From an uncultured Lachnospiraceae bacterium (GTDB taxonomy: Bacteria > Bacillota > Clostridia > Lachnospirales > Lachnospiraceae), in contig CABUAW010000004.1 in assembly GCA_902489645.1 (NCBI GenBank), positions 13,667 through 77,666 of the forward strand: a stretch of DNA of 64,000 nt, in the 5' to 3' direction. Below the pieces are notes generated by a model. That model was given only the letters and a program-made list of their open reading frames with translations, searched no databases and was not told the origin of the DNA. Positions 1 to 11,024 of the stretch are shown in pieces. Within the stretch, counting starts at the first letter, position 1, and each line of letters starts with the position of its first letter. The translations under genes and the position numbers were made by a program.

Positions 1-885
1 CGGCGTATGAATTTTGAAGATATGACGCCGATTTTCCCGAAAGACAGGATTCGGCTTGAAACGGTACGCTCCAGTGTACCGATGCGGATTATGGACCTGG
101 TATCCCCGATTGGCAAGGGGCAGCGAGGGATGATTGTGGCGCCGCCGAAAACGGGAAAGACAACATTGTTAAAGCAGATTGCAAAAGCGGTAACGGCCAA
201 TCATCCGGATATGAATCTGATTATTTTGCTGATTGACGAGCGGCCGGAGGAAGTGACAGATATTCGGGAGTCGATTATCGGTAAAAATGTGGAGGTTATC
301 TATTCAACCTTTGACGAACTGCCGGAGCATCACAAACGGGTATCCGAGATGGTACTTGAGCGGGCGAAACGCCTGGTGGAACACAAAAAGGATGTGGTTA
401 TCCTTTTGGACAGCATTACACGTCTGGCCAGGGCCTACAATCTGACCGTTCCGCCAAGCGGGCGGACACTGTCCGGCGGTCTTGACCCGGCGGCGCTATA
501 TATGCCGAAGAAATTTTTTGGAGCGGCCCGGAATATGAGGGAAGGCGGAAGCCTGACCGTTCTTGCAACGGCCCTTGTGGAGACCGGAAGCAAGATGGAC
601 GATGTTGTTTATGAAGAATTTAAGGGCACGGGCAATATGGAGTTGGTGCTTGACCGAAAGCTTTCGGAAAAGCGGATTTTCCCGGCCGTGGATATTGCAC
701 GTTCCGGAACGCGGCGGGAGGAATTGCTTCTGTCCAGAGAAGAGCTGGACGCCTCTTATGCGATGCGTAAAGCCCTGAACGGCATGAAATCCGATGAGGC
801 TTTGGAGCGGATTCTTGATATGTTTATGCACACCGAGGATAATAAAGCCTTTGTTTCCATGATGAAACGGACAAAGATATTTTGA
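1..885 (+). CDS. rho: Transcription termination factor Rho, C-terminal ATPase part (5' end outside window)
   Basis: [19 protein letters not shown]alker [14 protein letters not shown] and [11 protein letters not shown] motifs; frame is open from base 1. Confidence 0.97.
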   Translation, partial: RRMNFEDMTPIFPKDRIRLETVRSSVPMRIMDLVSPIGKGQRGMIVAPPKTGKTTLLKQIAKAVTANHPDMNLIILLIDERPEEVTDIRESIIGKNVEVIYSTFDELPEHHKRVSEMVLERAKRLVEHKKDVVILLDSITRLARAYNLTVPPSGRTLSGGLDPAALYMPKKFFGAARNMREGGSLTVLATALVETGSKMDDVVYEEFKGTGNMELVLDRKLSEKRIFPAVDIARSGTRREELLLSREELDASYAMRKALNGMKSDEALERILDMFMHTEDNKAFVSMMKRTKIF

Positions 886-1051
886 CGGAAAGAAGCGGAT
901 ATTTAATGCAGATTTTCGTTAAAGAATTTTGAAAAAAAGCTTGAAAGCAGAGAACAACCATGCTATAATGAGAAAGCTGTTTTTATAATGAAAAAAATTG
1001 ATTCGTCAGTTTTATAATTTATAATGAGAAAGTTTGAGCGAGGTGAAAAAC

Positions 1052-1258
1052 ATGAGAGAAGGAATTCATCCAAAATATTATCAGGCAAAAGTAACTTGCA
1101 ACTGCGGTAATGAATTTGTAACCGGTTCAACAAAACCAGAAATTCACGTAGAAATTTGTTCTAAATGCCATTCTTTCTATACAGGTCAGCAGAAAGCTGT
1201 TGCAGCTCGTGGCCGTATTGATAAATTCAATCGTAAGTATGGTATTACTCAGGAATAA
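1052..1258 (+). CDS. rpmE: 50S ribosomal protein L31, zinc-binding type
   Basis: [34 protein letters not shown] before ATG 1052. Confidence 0.97.
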   Translation: MREGIHPKYYQAKVTCNCGNEFVTGSTKPEIHVEICSKCHSFYTGQQKAVAARGRIDKFNRKYGITQE

Positions 1259-1275
1259 GAGGAATGTTACAGGTA

Positions 1276-1310
1276 AGGTTGAGGTTTTTTTAAAATCTCA
1301 ACCTATTTTT
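1276..1310 (+). terminator. Probable intrinsic terminator after rpmE
   Basis: AGGTTGAG...CTCAACCT stem followed by T-run. Confidence 0.7.
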
Positions 1311-1328
1311 CTATAGAGGTATGACATT

Positions 1329-2285
1329 ATGAAATATGCAAATATTGGCGGACAGGCTGTTATGGAGGGAATTATGATGCGTCATAAAGACCGGTATGCA
1401 GTTGCTGTCCGTAAAGAAAACCATGAAATCGAAGTAAAGTCAGATACGCATGTCAGCTATGGACAGAGGTTTCATGTTTCCGGGATACCTATTGTCCGCG
1501 GCGCATTTGCCTTTGTAGATTCCCTTGTCCTTGGAATGACGACGCTGACCTGGTCCGCTTCTTTTTTTGAAGAAGAACCGGCGCAGACGCCTGCGGACGG
1601 AGGAAAGAAACATCCGGCAGCGGCTCCGGACGGGGAGAAGGAAAAAGCTTCGGACAAGCTGTTTATGGCGTTGACGGTGGTGCTTTCCCTGGCATTGTCT
1701 ATCGGTTTATTTATGGTACTGCCCTTTTTTATTTCCGATATATTCCGCCGGGTCACAGATTCCAGCCTGGTTCTTGGGGTGATTGAGGGTCTTGTCCGGC
1801 TGATGATTTTTATTGCCTATATTGTACTGATTTCCAGAATGAAGGATATACAGCGGCTCTTTATGTATCATGGCGCAGAGCATAAAACAATTAACTGCAT
1901 TGAGCATGGAGAGAAACTGACGCCGGAGAATGCGGCCAGGTATTCAAGATTTCATAAACGCTGCGGGACAAGCTTCCTGTTTATTGTCATGTTTGTGAGT
2001 ATCGTATTCTTTTTGCTCTTTTTCCAGATTTTTCCGATGGAGAGCATGGTCTTAAAGGTCGTTTGCCGTATATTGATGGTGCCGGTTATCGCCGGAGTGT
2101 CCTATGAGATTATCCAGTGGGCCGGACGTCATGATTCCGGATTGGTGTGCCTGGTCAGCAAGCCGGGCTTCTGGATGCAGAAATTTACGACAAAGGAACC
2201 GGATTTGGAAATGCTTGAAGTAGCCATTGCGTCCATCGAGGCGATTTATGACTGGCGGGAGTTTCAGAAGGAATTGACAGAGTGA
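1329..2285 (+). CDS. DUF1385 family membrane protein
   Basis: IGGQAVMEGIMM, YHGAEHK and HKRCGTSFL motifs; usual position between rpmE and prmC. Confidence 0.9.
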   Translation: MKYANIGGQAVMEGIMMRHKDRYAVAVRKENHEIEVKSDTHVSYGQRFHVSGIPIVRGAFAFVDSLVLGMTTLTWSASFFEEEPAQTPADGGKKHPAAAPDGEKEKASDKLFMALTVVLSLALSIGLFMVLPFFISDIFRRVTDSSLVLGVIEGLVRLMIFIAYIVLISRMKDIQRLFMYHGAEHKTINCIEHGEKLTPENAARYSRFHKRCGTSFLFIVMFVSIVFFLLFFQIFPMESMVLKVVCRILMVPVIAGVSYEIIQWAGRHDSGLVCLVSKPGFWMQKFTTKEPDLEMLEVAIASIEAIYDWREFQKELTE

Positions 2286-3145
2286 AAACATTAAGACAAT
2301 TACTAAAAGAAGGCGAGCAGCGCCTTCTGGAAAATCAGATTGAAAACAGTACCATGGAAGCGCGGTATCTGTTAGAATATATTTGTGATTTGAATTGGGC
2401 CCAGTATCTTTTACAGGCGGATACGGAGGCCGACCCACAGGAAGAGCGGCGTTATCAGGAAGCGGTAAAGCGCCGGTGTACCCATTATCCGTTACAGTAC
2501 ATTTTAGGTACGGCGGGGTTTATGGGGCTGGAATTTATGGTCAATGAGGCCGTACTCATTCCGAGAATGGATACGGAAGTGCTTGTTGAGACGGTGCTTA
2601 AAGCGGCAGATATTCCGGGAGGCAAGCTTTTGGATATGTGTACCGGTTCGGGATGTATTCTTATCAGCCTGATGGCTTTGGGGCGCTACGGCCGGGGCGT
2701 TGGCGTGGATATTTCCGAAGACGCTTTGAGGGTTGCCCGGATGAATGGCATATTTAACCGGGAAAACTGGGAAAAAAACGGCCGGGGAGCCAACGATGTT
2801 TTATGGCTGCAGAGCAATCTGTTTGAGAAGGTCAGCGGTCGGTTTGACGTCATCGTATCGAATCCGCCTTATATTCCGGCGGCGGTGATTGAGACGCTGA
2901 TGCCGGAAGTGAAAAATTTTGAACCGAGAATGGCCCTGGAGGGGGCCGACGGGGGACTGGAATTTTATAAGAAAATTTCTGAGGCGGCGGCGGAATATTT
3001 AAATCCGGAGGGATGGCTCTTCTTTGAGATTGGCTGTGAACAGGCGGAAGCAGTTTCAGAAATTTTATCAGAAAATGGATTCCGGGATATACATACGGTC
3101 AGAGATTTGGCCGGTTTGGACCGGGTGGTTTATGGAAGAAGATAG
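2282..3145 (+). CDS. prmC: Release factor glutamine methyltransferase
   Basis: VLIPRMDTE, DMCTGSG and SNPPY motifs; directly upstream of prfA. Confidence 0.95.
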   Translation: MKTLRQLLKEGEQRLLENQIENSTMEARYLLEYICDLNWAQYLLQADTEADPQEERRYQEAVKRRCTHYPLQYILGTAGFMGLEFMVNEAVLIPRMDTEVLVETVLKAADIPGGKLLDMCTGSGCILISLMALGRYGRGVGVDISEDALRVARMNGIFNRENWEKNGRGANDVLWLQSNLFEKVSGRFDVIVSNPPYIPAAVIETLMPEVKNFEPRMALEGADGGLEFYKKISEAAAEYLNPEGWLFFEIGCEQAEAVSEILSENGFRDIHTVRDLAGLDRVVYGRR

Positions 3146-3166
3146 AAATCAATTGGAGGAAAAATT

Positions 3167-4243
3167 ATGTTTGACAGATTAGACGATATTTTAATCCGTT
3201 ATCAGCAGGTAATGGAGGAATTGAACGACCCGGAGGTGGTCAATGACCAGCCGAGGTTTCGTAAGCTGATGAAAGAACAGAATGACCTGGCTCCAATCGT
3301 GGAAAAATATACGGAATATAAGCAGGAAAAACAGAATGTGGAAGACAGCCTGGAGCTTTTGGAGATGGAGAGCGACGAGGAGATGCGGGAGCTTGCCAAG
3401 GAAGAGATGGCCGAATCCAAGAAACGCATCGGGGAAATTGAGCAGGAATTGAAGATTCTGCTCATTCCAAAGGACCCGATGGATGAGAAAAACGTTATTG
3501 TTGAAATACGTGCCGGAGCCGGCGGTGACGAAGCGGCTCTGTTTGCGGCGGAATTGTTCCGGATGTATTCCAAATATGCGGAAAAACAGCGCTGGAAAAT
3601 TGACATGATGAGCGTGAACGAGAGCGGCATCGGCGGTTTTAAAGAGGTTGTATTTATGATTAGCGGCGGCGGCGTCTATTCCCGGCTGAAATTTGAGAGC
3701 GGTGTACACCGTGTACAGCGAGTGCCGGAAACCGAATCCGGCGGCCGTATTCATACGTCCACAGTGACGGTCGCCATCATGCCGGAAGCGGAAGAGGTCG
3801 ATGTCCAGTTGGATATGAACGATGTGCGTATCGATGTGTTCCGTGCCTCCGGTAACGGCGGACAGTGCGTCAATACCACGGATTCTGCGGTGCGTATCAC
3901 CCACATTCCGACGGGTATTGTGATTTCCTGTCAGGATGAGAAATCCCAGTTAAAGAATAAAGATAAGGGCTTGAAGGTCCTTCGTTCCAGATTATATGAT
4001 TTGGAGTTGGAAAAGAAGAAAAAAGAAGAAGCTGCCAACCGCAAAAACCAGGTTGGAACAGGGGACCGCTCCGAGAAGATTCGTACATACAACTTCCCGC
4101 AGGGACGGTGTACGGACCACCGGATTAAATTGACATTACACCGTCTGGACGATATTTTGAACGGTGATTTAGATGAAATCATTGACAGCCTGATTGCAGC
4201 AGACCAGGCCGCCAAGCTGAGTAACATGGAGGAAGAAGGTTAA
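3167..4243 (+). CDS. prfA: Peptide chain release factor 1
   Basis: GGQ motif, [20 protein letters not shown]. Confidence 0.97.
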   Translation: MFDRLDDILIRYQQVMEELNDPEVVNDQPRFRKLMKEQNDLAPIVEKYTEYKQEKQNVEDSLELLEMESDEEMRELAKEEMAESKKRIGEIEQELKILLIPKDPMDEKNVIVEIRAGAGGDEAALFAAELFRMYSKYAEKQRWKIDMMSVNESGIGGFKEVVFMISGGGVYSRLKFESGVHRVQRVPETESGGRIHTSTVTVAIMPEAEEVDVQLDMNDVRIDVFRASGNGGQCVNTTDSAVRITHIPTGIVISCQDEKSQLKNKDKGLKVLRSRLYDLELEKKKKEEAANRKNQVGTGDRSEKIRTYNFPQGRCTDHRIKLTLHRLDDILNGDLDEIIDSLIAADQAAKLSNMEEEG

Positions 4244-4248
4244 ATCAA

Positions 4249-5454
4249 ATGATATCGAAAAGCATGACACAGTTGGTTCAGGGGAATTCGGTCATCCGGG
4301 CTTTATTTGAAGAAGGCAAGGAGATGGCCAGAGAGATAGGCGCGGAAAATGTTTATGATTTCAGTCTCGGCAATCCGAGCGTTCCGGCGCCGGAGGCCGT
4401 GCGGACATCTATGAAACAGATTCTGGACGGAGGTAATTCTCTGTATGTTCACGGTTACATGAGCAATGCGGGCTATGAAGAGGTTCGGGAGGCTGTGGCC
4501 GCATCTTTAAATGAACGGTTTGGCACAGACTTTGACTGGACGGGAATACTTATGACTGTGGGAGCCGCCGGGGGCTTAAATGTGGTGTTAAGAACGATTC
4601 TGGACCCGGGCGATGAGGTGATTTGTTTTGCGCCGTTTTTCGGGGAATATACCAATTATGTGCATAATTATCAGGGAAATCTGATAGTCATTCCGCCGAA
4701 TCCGCCGACATTCCAGCCAAATGTGGCGATACTGGCCGAAAGGATTACGGAGAAAACGAAAGCTCTGATTCTCAATAATCCGAATAATCCGACGGGCGTT
4801 GTCTATTCTGCGGAAACGCTGGATAGATTACAGACGATTTTGGCGGAGGCTGAAAAACGCATCGGTCATTCCATCTATGTAATTTCCGATGAACCGTATC
4901 GGGAGCTGGTTTACGACGGCGTGGAAGTGCCGTTTATGACAAAGCATATCCGCAACTGCATTATCGGCTATTCCTTCAGCAAATCCCTTTCCCTTCCGGG
5001 CGAGCGGATTGGTTATCTGGCCGTGCCGAAGGAAGCGGATGATTATCAGGAGCTTGTGGAGGGACTGGCGATTGCCAACCGGGTGCTTGGATTCGTCAAT
5101 GCGCCGTCGCTGCAGCAGTTGATGATTAAGGACTGCCTGAACGAGCAGACCGATGTGGCGGCTTATGACAGAAATAGAAAGTATTTATATAAAGCTCTGA
5201 CTAAGCTGGGCTTTGATTGCGTCAAGCCGGAGGGGGCATTTTATCTTTTTGTAAAATCTCCGGTAACCGATGAAAGGCTATTTGTTGCCGAGGCAAAGAA
5301 GCATCATCTGCTGCTTGTGCCGGCTTCCAGCTTTGGATGCCCGGGGTATGTGCGGATTGCCTACTGCGTGTCCTATGAGATGATTGAGCGTTCCATGCCG
5401 GCTTTTAAGGCGCTGGCCGGAACATATTTTGACGGAATAAATGACTTGAAATGA
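4249..5454 (+). CDS. PLP-dependent class I aminotransferase (aspartate aminotransferase-like)
   Basis: NNPNNPTG, SDEPY and SFSKSLSLPGERIGY motifs. Confidence 0.9.
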   Translation: MISKSMTQLVQGNSVIRALFEEGKEMAREIGAENVYDFSLGNPSVPAPEAVRTSMKQILDGGNSLYVHGYMSNAGYEEVREAVAASLNERFGTDFDWTGILMTVGAAGGLNVVLRTILDPGDEVICFAPFFGEYTNYVHNYQGNLIVIPPNPPTFQPNVAILAERITEKTKALILNNPNNPTGVVYSAETLDRLQTILAEAEKRIGHSIYVISDEPYRELVYDGVEVPFMTKHIRNCIIGYSFSKSLSLPGERIGYLAVPKEADDYQELVEGLAIANRVLGFVNAPSLQQLMIKDCLNEQTDVAAYDRNRKYLYKALTKLGFDCVKPEGAFYLFVKSPVTDERLFVAEAKKHHLLLVPASSFGCPGYVRIAYCVSYEMIERSMPAFKALAGTYFDGINDLK

Positions 5455-5471
5455 GAGAGGTTGTGATACGG

Positions 5472-6527
5472 ATGAAGACATGGAGAGATTATGTGCGTCG
5501 GGTGGTTCCCTATACACCGGGCGAGCAGCCAAATAAGCCGGAAATGATAAAGTTAAATACCAATGAAAACCCTTATCCTCCGGCGCCGGGAGTAATTCAG
5601 AAGGCCAAACATCTGGAAACAGACAGGCTCCGGCTTTACCCGGACCCGACGGCCGGTGTGCTGACGGAAGCCCTGGCTGAATTTTACCATGTGAAACCGG
5701 AACAGGTATTTGTCGGCGTGGGTTCTGACGATGTGTTGGCAATGGCCTTCCAGACCTTTTTTAATAGTGATAAACCGATATTTTTCCCGGATATTACCTA
5801 TTCCTTTTATCCGGTATGGGCGGATGCCTTTAAGATTCCTTATAAGACGCAGGCTCTGGATGAAAATTTCCATATCCGAAAAGAGGATTATTATGCCGAA
5901 AACGGCGGCGTGATATTTCCGAATCCGAATGCGCCGACCTCCGTGTACGAGGACCTGGATTTTATTGAGGATATTTTGAAACATAATCGCGATGTACTTG
6001 TTATTATTGATGAAGCCTACATCGATTTCGGCGGAAAATCTGCACTGGAGCTGGTTGAAACATACGATAACCTGCTTGTCGTACAGACCTTTTCCAAATC
6101 CCGCTCTATGGCGGGCATGCGGATTGGCTATGCCATCGGCAATACAGAATTGATTCAGGCGCTGAATGATTTTAAATATTCCTTCAATTCTTATACAATG
6201 AATCAGACGTCGCTGGTTCTCGGGGCCGAGGCCGTAAAAGACAGAGACTATTTTGAAGAATGTACCGGCAAAATTATCCGTACGCGGACCTGGGCTGCCG
6301 AAGCGTTGAAGGCGCTCGGATTTGAATTTAATGAGCCGTGGGCGAATTTTATTTTTGCAACGCATCCGTCATATCCGGCCAGAGAATTATTTGAGGCATT
6401 GCGGAAGGAAAACATTTATGTGCGGTATTTTAATCTGCCGAGAATTGATAATTATTTGAGAATTACGGTGGGTACCGATTCGGAGATGGAAACGCTGATT
6501 CATTTTCTTAAAGAGTACGTTAAATAG
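5472..6527 (+). CDS. hisC: Histidinol-phosphate aminotransferase
   Basis: PYTPGEQP, KLNTNENPY, DEAY and TFSKSRSMAGMRIG motifs. Confidence 0.92.
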   Translation: MKTWRDYVRRVVPYTPGEQPNKPEMIKLNTNENPYPPAPGVIQKAKHLETDRLRLYPDPTAGVLTEALAEFYHVKPEQVFVGVGSDDVLAMAFQTFFNSDKPIFFPDITYSFYPVWADAFKIPYKTQALDENFHIRKEDYYAENGGVIFPNPNAPTSVYEDLDFIEDILKHNRDVLVIIDEAYIDFGGKSALELVETYDNLLVVQTFSKSRSMAGMRIGYAIGNTELIQALNDFKYSFNSYTMNQTSLVLGAEAVKDRDYFEECTGKIIRTRTWAAEALKALGFEFNEPWANFIFATHPSYPARELFEALRKENIYVRYFNLPRIDNYLRITVGTDSEMETLIHFLKEYVK

Positions 6528-6628
6528 AAATGCTGGAATCCTCTCAACGGCAAAGGGTTGGGAGGATTTTTTATGAAATTTCGGCGCCGAAAGCCGGAAC
6601 AGGACTTCATCAAACGGAGGTGAGCGGT

Positions 6629-9019
6629 GTGAAGCAGGAGGTTCGGGTATCTGTCAGGAATCTTGTCGAATTTATTTTAAGGAACGGAGATATCAATCAG
6701 AAAATGGGGGCCATGCAGGATGTGGACGCCATGCAGGCCGGAAGCAAAGCCCACCGGAAGCTCCAAAAGCAGGGCGGCAGTAATTATCGGGCGGAGGTCA
6801 GTCTGAAACGGAAAATAGAAATCGACGAGACACTGAATATCCAGGTTGAGGGACGGGCCGACGGAATTATTACTAATCCGGCCGATACGTCGGAGGTTAT
6901 GATTGATGAAATTAAGGGAACCTTTACGAAACTTGAGGCAATTGAGGCGGCGGATATCCTTCATGTGGCTCAGGCGGATTGCTATGCCTGTATTTACGCC
7001 AACTGCCACGAATTAGAAACGATTAAAGTGCGGATTACCTATATCCATCTGGAAACGGAAGCCATTAAAACCTTTGAGTTTGAACGCAGCCGAGAGGCGT
7101 TGGAAAACTGGTTTCAGGATTTGGTGCAGCAGTACGCCCGCTGGGCCAAGTGGCAAATCCGGTGGCAGGAGCTTCGCGATGACACAATCGGCGCATTGGC
7201 CTTTCCATTTGAATATCGTCTCAGCCAGAAACGGATGATGAACGGGGTTTATCGCTCGATTGATGAGGGAAAAAATATTTTTATCCAGGCTCCGACAGGT
7301 ACGGGAAAGACCCTGGGGACCCTTTTTCCGTCGATAAAAGCCGTGGCCGATGGAAAGTGCAGCCGGATTTTTTACCTGACGGCGAAAACGATGACCCGGA
7401 CGGTGGCGGAGGATACGGGAAAGCTGCTCCGGGAAAGGTCTCTGCGGATGAAATTTATCACATTAACGGCCAAGGAAAAGATTTGTCCCCTTGAAGAGTG
7501 CCGGTGCCAGCCGGAGTTCTGCGAAAGGGCCAGGGGACATTTTGACCGGGTCAATGAAGCCGTGTTTGACATTATTTGTCAGGAGGACGGCATAGACCGG
7601 GCGTGCATCCTTGATTATGCCGAAAAACACCGGGTCTGCCCCTTTGAATTTCAATTGGATGTGTCTCTCTGGTGTGATGTGATTATATGCGATTATAATT
7701 ATGTATTTGACCCGGTGGTTTATCTGAAACGTTTTTTTACGGATACGGCCGCCAATATGGTATTTTTGGTGGATGAAGCCCACAATCTGGTGGACCGGGC
7801 CAGGGAAATGTACAGCGCGGCTCTTTACCGGAGAGACTTTGACAGGGTTTATCGGAAGCTGAAACCGCTGCGGCCGAAACTTGCCCGCAAGGTTCATAAG
7901 TGCGGACAATTTTTGAAGGATTACCAGGAAGAGCGGGAAGCGGCGGGCGTCCGTTATACCGTGGTCGGTGAGGTTGGAAAATTTATCCTGAATCTGATGC
8001 GGATGGTTTCGGATATGGAAGATTATTTGAGAGAAGATATGGAACCGGAGCTTCGGGAGAGCGTGACCGATTTATATTTTGGGGCGCGGCGTTTTATCAA
8101 TACCTATGATTTGCTGGATGAAAAATATTTAATCTATACCGAGGGAGACGGCGGCGAAACTATGATTAAAATGTTTTGCGTGGACCCGTCGGGGAATTTG
8201 AGTGAGCGGATTGGAATGAGCCGCAGCTGCATTTTTTTCTCGGCGACGCTGCTTCCGGTTCAATATTATAAAGACTTATTGAGCGGGAAACCGGAGGCGG
8301 ATTACGAGATGTACGTGGATTCGCCCTTTGACCCGGAAAAACGTCTCATTTTTACGGTTTCTGATGTGAGCAGCCGCTATACGGCAAGAAATCAGGAACA
8401 ATATGAACGGATTGCCGAGTATATACGGAAAATCATCCGGGGGAAAAACGGGAATTACCTCGTATTCTGTCCGTCCTACGCTTTTATGGACAGGGTGTTC
8501 GACGCATTTACTGAGCGGGAAATGCCGAAGGCCGGTCACGGCCTGCAGGTATTCAGGCAGGAAAGCGGTATGGACGAGGAGGCCCGTCAGGCGTTTCTTG
8601 AAAATTTCAAGGAGAAGCCCCATGAGACAATTTTAGGCTTTTGCGTCCTTGGCGGTATATTTTCGGAGGGCATTGATTTAAAGGCGGACCGGCTCATCGG
8701 AGCGATTATTGTAGGCACCGGGCTCCCGGGAATCGGCAGCGAGCGGGAGCTTTTAAAGACTTATTTTGACGAAAAAAAGGGGCGGGGATTCGACTATGCC
8801 TATCTTTTTCCCGGCATGAATAAGGTACTGCAGGCCGGAGGCCGGGTTATCCGTTCCGAAGAGGACCGGGGCGTCATTGCGCTGATGGACGAGCGGTTTA
8901 ATTACGGCAGTTATCGGCGGCTTTTCCCACGGGAATGGGCGTCTTTCCAGAAATTAAACAAGGATTCTGTTGAGAAAATTATTGAAAAATTCTGGACAGA
9001 ACAAATAAATACTCTATAA
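6629..9019 (+). CDS. DinG/Rad3(XPD)-family Fe-S helicase with N-terminal PD-(D/E)XK nuclease-like domain
   Basis: GRADG..IDEIK nuclease motif, APTGTGKT, Fe-S cysteines, DEAH, SAT, QAGGRVIR; GTG start after GGAGGTG. Confidence 0.88.
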   Translation: MKQEVRVSVRNLVEFILRNGDINQKMGAMQDVDAMQAGSKAHRKLQKQGGSNYRAEVSLKRKIEIDETLNIQVEGRADGIITNPADTSEVMIDEIKGTFTKLEAIEAADILHVAQADCYACIYANCHELETIKVRITYIHLETEAIKTFEFERSREALENWFQDLVQQYARWAKWQIRWQELRDDTIGALAFPFEYRLSQKRMMNGVYRSIDEGKNIFIQAPTGTGKTLGTLFPSIKAVADGKCSRIFYLTAKTMTRTVAEDTGKLLRERSLRMKFITLTAKEKICPLEECRCQPEFCERARGHFDRVNEAVFDIICQEDGIDRACILDYAEKHRVCPFEFQLDVSLWCDVIICDYNYVFDPVVYLKRFFTDTAANMVFLVDEAHNLVDRAREMYSAALYRRDFDRVYRKLKPLRPKLARKVHKCGQFLKDYQEEREAAGVRYTVVGEVGKFILNLMRMVSDMEDYLREDMEPELRESVTDLYFGARRFINTYDLLDEKYLIYTEGDGGETMIKMFCVDPSGNLSERIGMSRSCIFFSATLLPVQYYKDLLSGKPEADYEMYVDSPFDPEKRLIFTVSDVSSRYTARNQEQYERIAEYIRKIIRGKNGNYLVFCPSYAFMDRVFDAFTEREMPKAGHGLQVFRQESGMDEEARQAFLENFKEKPHETILGFCVLGGIFSEGIDLKADRLIGAIIVGTGLPGIGSERELLKTYFDEKKGRGFDYAYLFPGMNKVLQAGGRVIRSEEDRGVIALMDERFNYGSYRRLFPREWASFQKLNKDSVEKIIEKFWTEQINTL

Positions 9020-9054
9020 TAAAATTAAGAAAAAGAAATTAAGGAGGTTATTTC

Positions 9055-9297
9055 ATGGTAATCACAATTTGTATTGGCAGCTCCTGTCATTTAAAAGGTT
9101 CCAGAAATGTAATCCAGGGACTTCAGAAAAAAATTCAGGAAAATAATCTGGCTTCCAAAATTGAATTAAACGGTTCTTTTTGCACCGGCGAGTGTGAAAA
9201 GGGCGTATGTGTTAAAATTGATGATGAATTGTTTTCCGTTTCACCGGAAACTGTAGATACATTTTTTGCAGACGAGGTACTCAGGAGGGTGAATTAG
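9055..9297 (+). CDS. Thioredoxin-like [2Fe-2S] ferredoxin, HfsA-like
   Basis: CIGSSCHLKGS..CTGEC; first gene of hydrogenase cluster. Confidence 0.85.
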   Translation: MVITICIGSSCHLKGSRNVIQGLQKKIQENNLASKIELNGSFCTGECEKGVCVKIDDELFSVSPETVDTFFADEVLRRVN

Positions 9298-11024
9298 TGG
9301 CGGCAATTGGATTTAAGACGGCAAAATGCAAAGACTGTTATAAATGTGTGCGGATATGTCCGGTAAAGGCCATTCATACGAAGGATGAACATGCGCTTTA
9401 TGTGGCCGATGAATGTGTTTTGTGTGGACGCTGTCTGGAAGCCTGTCCTCAGGATGCCATTATTTATGTCAGTGACTTGAAGAGAGCCAAAAAATACATT
9501 CAGGAAGGCTGCGTGACAATCGCGTCACTGGACCCTGCTTATCTGGGAGTTTTTGGGGATACGGAAAATGGTACGGGACAGCTGCGGGGCGCTTTACATA
9601 AATTAGGCTTTACCCATATCCGTGAGACGGCGGAGGGCGCCGTTCATGTGACAAAAGCGTACGAGCGTCTGATTCAGGAAGGAAAGATGGACAATATTAT
9701 CACCACTTCCTGTACCGCGATTAATGAGCTGGTTGAAAAGTATTATACGGATATGATTCCCTACATGGCGCCGGTTGTTTCACCGATGACTGCCCACGGC
9801 ATGATGCTGAAGGAGGAGTTCGGACCGGACGTAAAGGTCATATATATAGGGAGTTGTACGGCCAGGGGCCGTGAGGCCGTGCGTGAGCGGTGCCGGGGAA
9901 CCTATGTGGATGCCGTATTGGATTTCCAGGAGCTTCGCAGTTGGCTGGCTGAGGAACATATTGATTTGGAACAATGTGAATTTTATCCGCGGGAGGGCGC
10001 CAATGCCCTGGTCAACGGTCTTTATGGCGTCAGCGGCGGCATTTTGGCGGCGATAGAGGCGGATAAGGGCTTTGGAAAATATGAACAGCTTTACGTGGAT
10101 GGTATCGATTCCGTGAGAGAATTGTTTGAATGTATCCGTAAAGGCGAGATTAATAACTGTTTTATTGAAACGTCGTCCTGTGTCGGCGGCTGCATTAACG
10201 GGCCGTTGGCCGGCGGACGTGAGAGCGACCGGTTCAAAGCGCGGATTTATACAAATCGGAAAATCATCCGGGAATTCCCGGAGGATATGGCAAAGATGAC
10301 GGATAATCTTCTGTTGAAAAAAGAGTTCACGGAATCTTCGCGCAAAACGGTCATGCCGACGGAGGCGGAGATTCAGGAGGCCCTCCGGCGGGATGGGAAG
10401 GCATCTCCGGAGAAGCAGTTGAACTGCGGCGCCTGCGGTTTTAAGACATGCCGGGATAAGGCCATTGCCCGCTGCCAGAATAAGGGGCAGTTAAATCTGT
10501 GTATTCCTTATATGTATCAGCAGGCCCGCTCCATGTCGGAGGTCATATTGTCCGTAACGCCGAACCTGATTATTACGGTTGATGAAAAACTGCGAATCCG
10601 CCAGTTCAACAATGCTGCGGAGGTCATGTTTAATATTTCGGCGGAAGAGGCTTACCGTATGCCATTGGAGAAAATCCTTGACCCGGTCAACTTTGAACAG
10701 GTTTTCCGGGAAAAACGCAGTATTATGAATAAAAAAGTCACTTATGAGAAATATAACCTGGTCACAATGCAGAATATTATTTATATTCGTGAACTGAATT
10801 GTGCCCTTGGTATTTTAAGAAATATAACTTCTGAGGAAAGAATCCATGAACAGCATGACCGTATGCGCCGTGAAGCCATGGATATTGCCCAGAAGGTTAT
10901 CGATAAACAGATGATGGTTGCCCAGGAAATCGCAGGGCTGCTTGGAGAGACTACGGCAGAGACGAAGGTTACGCTGACCAAAATGCGTGACAGCATCTTT
11001 TATGACGGAGAAGATAATTTATGA
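9297..11024 (+). CDS. Sensory [FeFe]-hydrogenase-like protein with PAS domain (HfsB/HydS-like, group C)
   Basis: N-terminal 2x[4Fe-4S], variant H-cluster motifs (TTSCT, GSCTARGRE, ETSSCVGGC), NCGACG FeS domain, PAS domain, QEIAGLLGETTAE tail. Confidence 0.88.
   Translation: MAAIGFKTAKCKDCYKCVRICPVKAIHTKDEHALYVADECVLCGRCLEACPQDAIIYVSDLKRAKKYIQEGCVTIASLDPAYLGVFGDTENGTGQLRGALHKLGFTHIRETAEGAVHVTKAYERLIQEGKMDNIITTSCTAINELVEKYYTDMIPYMAPVVSPMTAHGMMLKEEFGPDVKVIYIGSCTARGREAVRERCRGTYVDAVLDFQELRSWLAEEHIDLEQCEFYPREGANALVNGLYGVSGGILAAIEADKGFGKYEQLYVDGIDSVRELFECIRKGEINNCFIETSSCVGGCINGPLAGGRESDRFKARIYTNRKIIREFPEDMAKMTDNLLLKKEFTESSRKTVMPTEAEIQEALRRDGKASPEKQLNCGACGFKTCRDKAIARCQNKGQLNLCIPYMYQQARSMSEVILSVTPNLIITVDEKLRIRQFNNAAEVMFNISAEEAYRMPLEKILDPVNFEQVFREKRSIMNKKVTYEKYNLVTMQNIIYIRELNCALGILRNITSEERIHEQHDRMRREAMDIAQKVIDKQMMVAQEIAGLLGETTAETKVTLTKMRDSIFYDGEDNL

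Noticed and set aside
6629..9019. Cas4/DinG CRISPR-associated or defence gene
   Set aside because: Nuclease-XPD helicase fusions are common housekeeping genes in Firmicutes; host-like composition and no CRISPR context.
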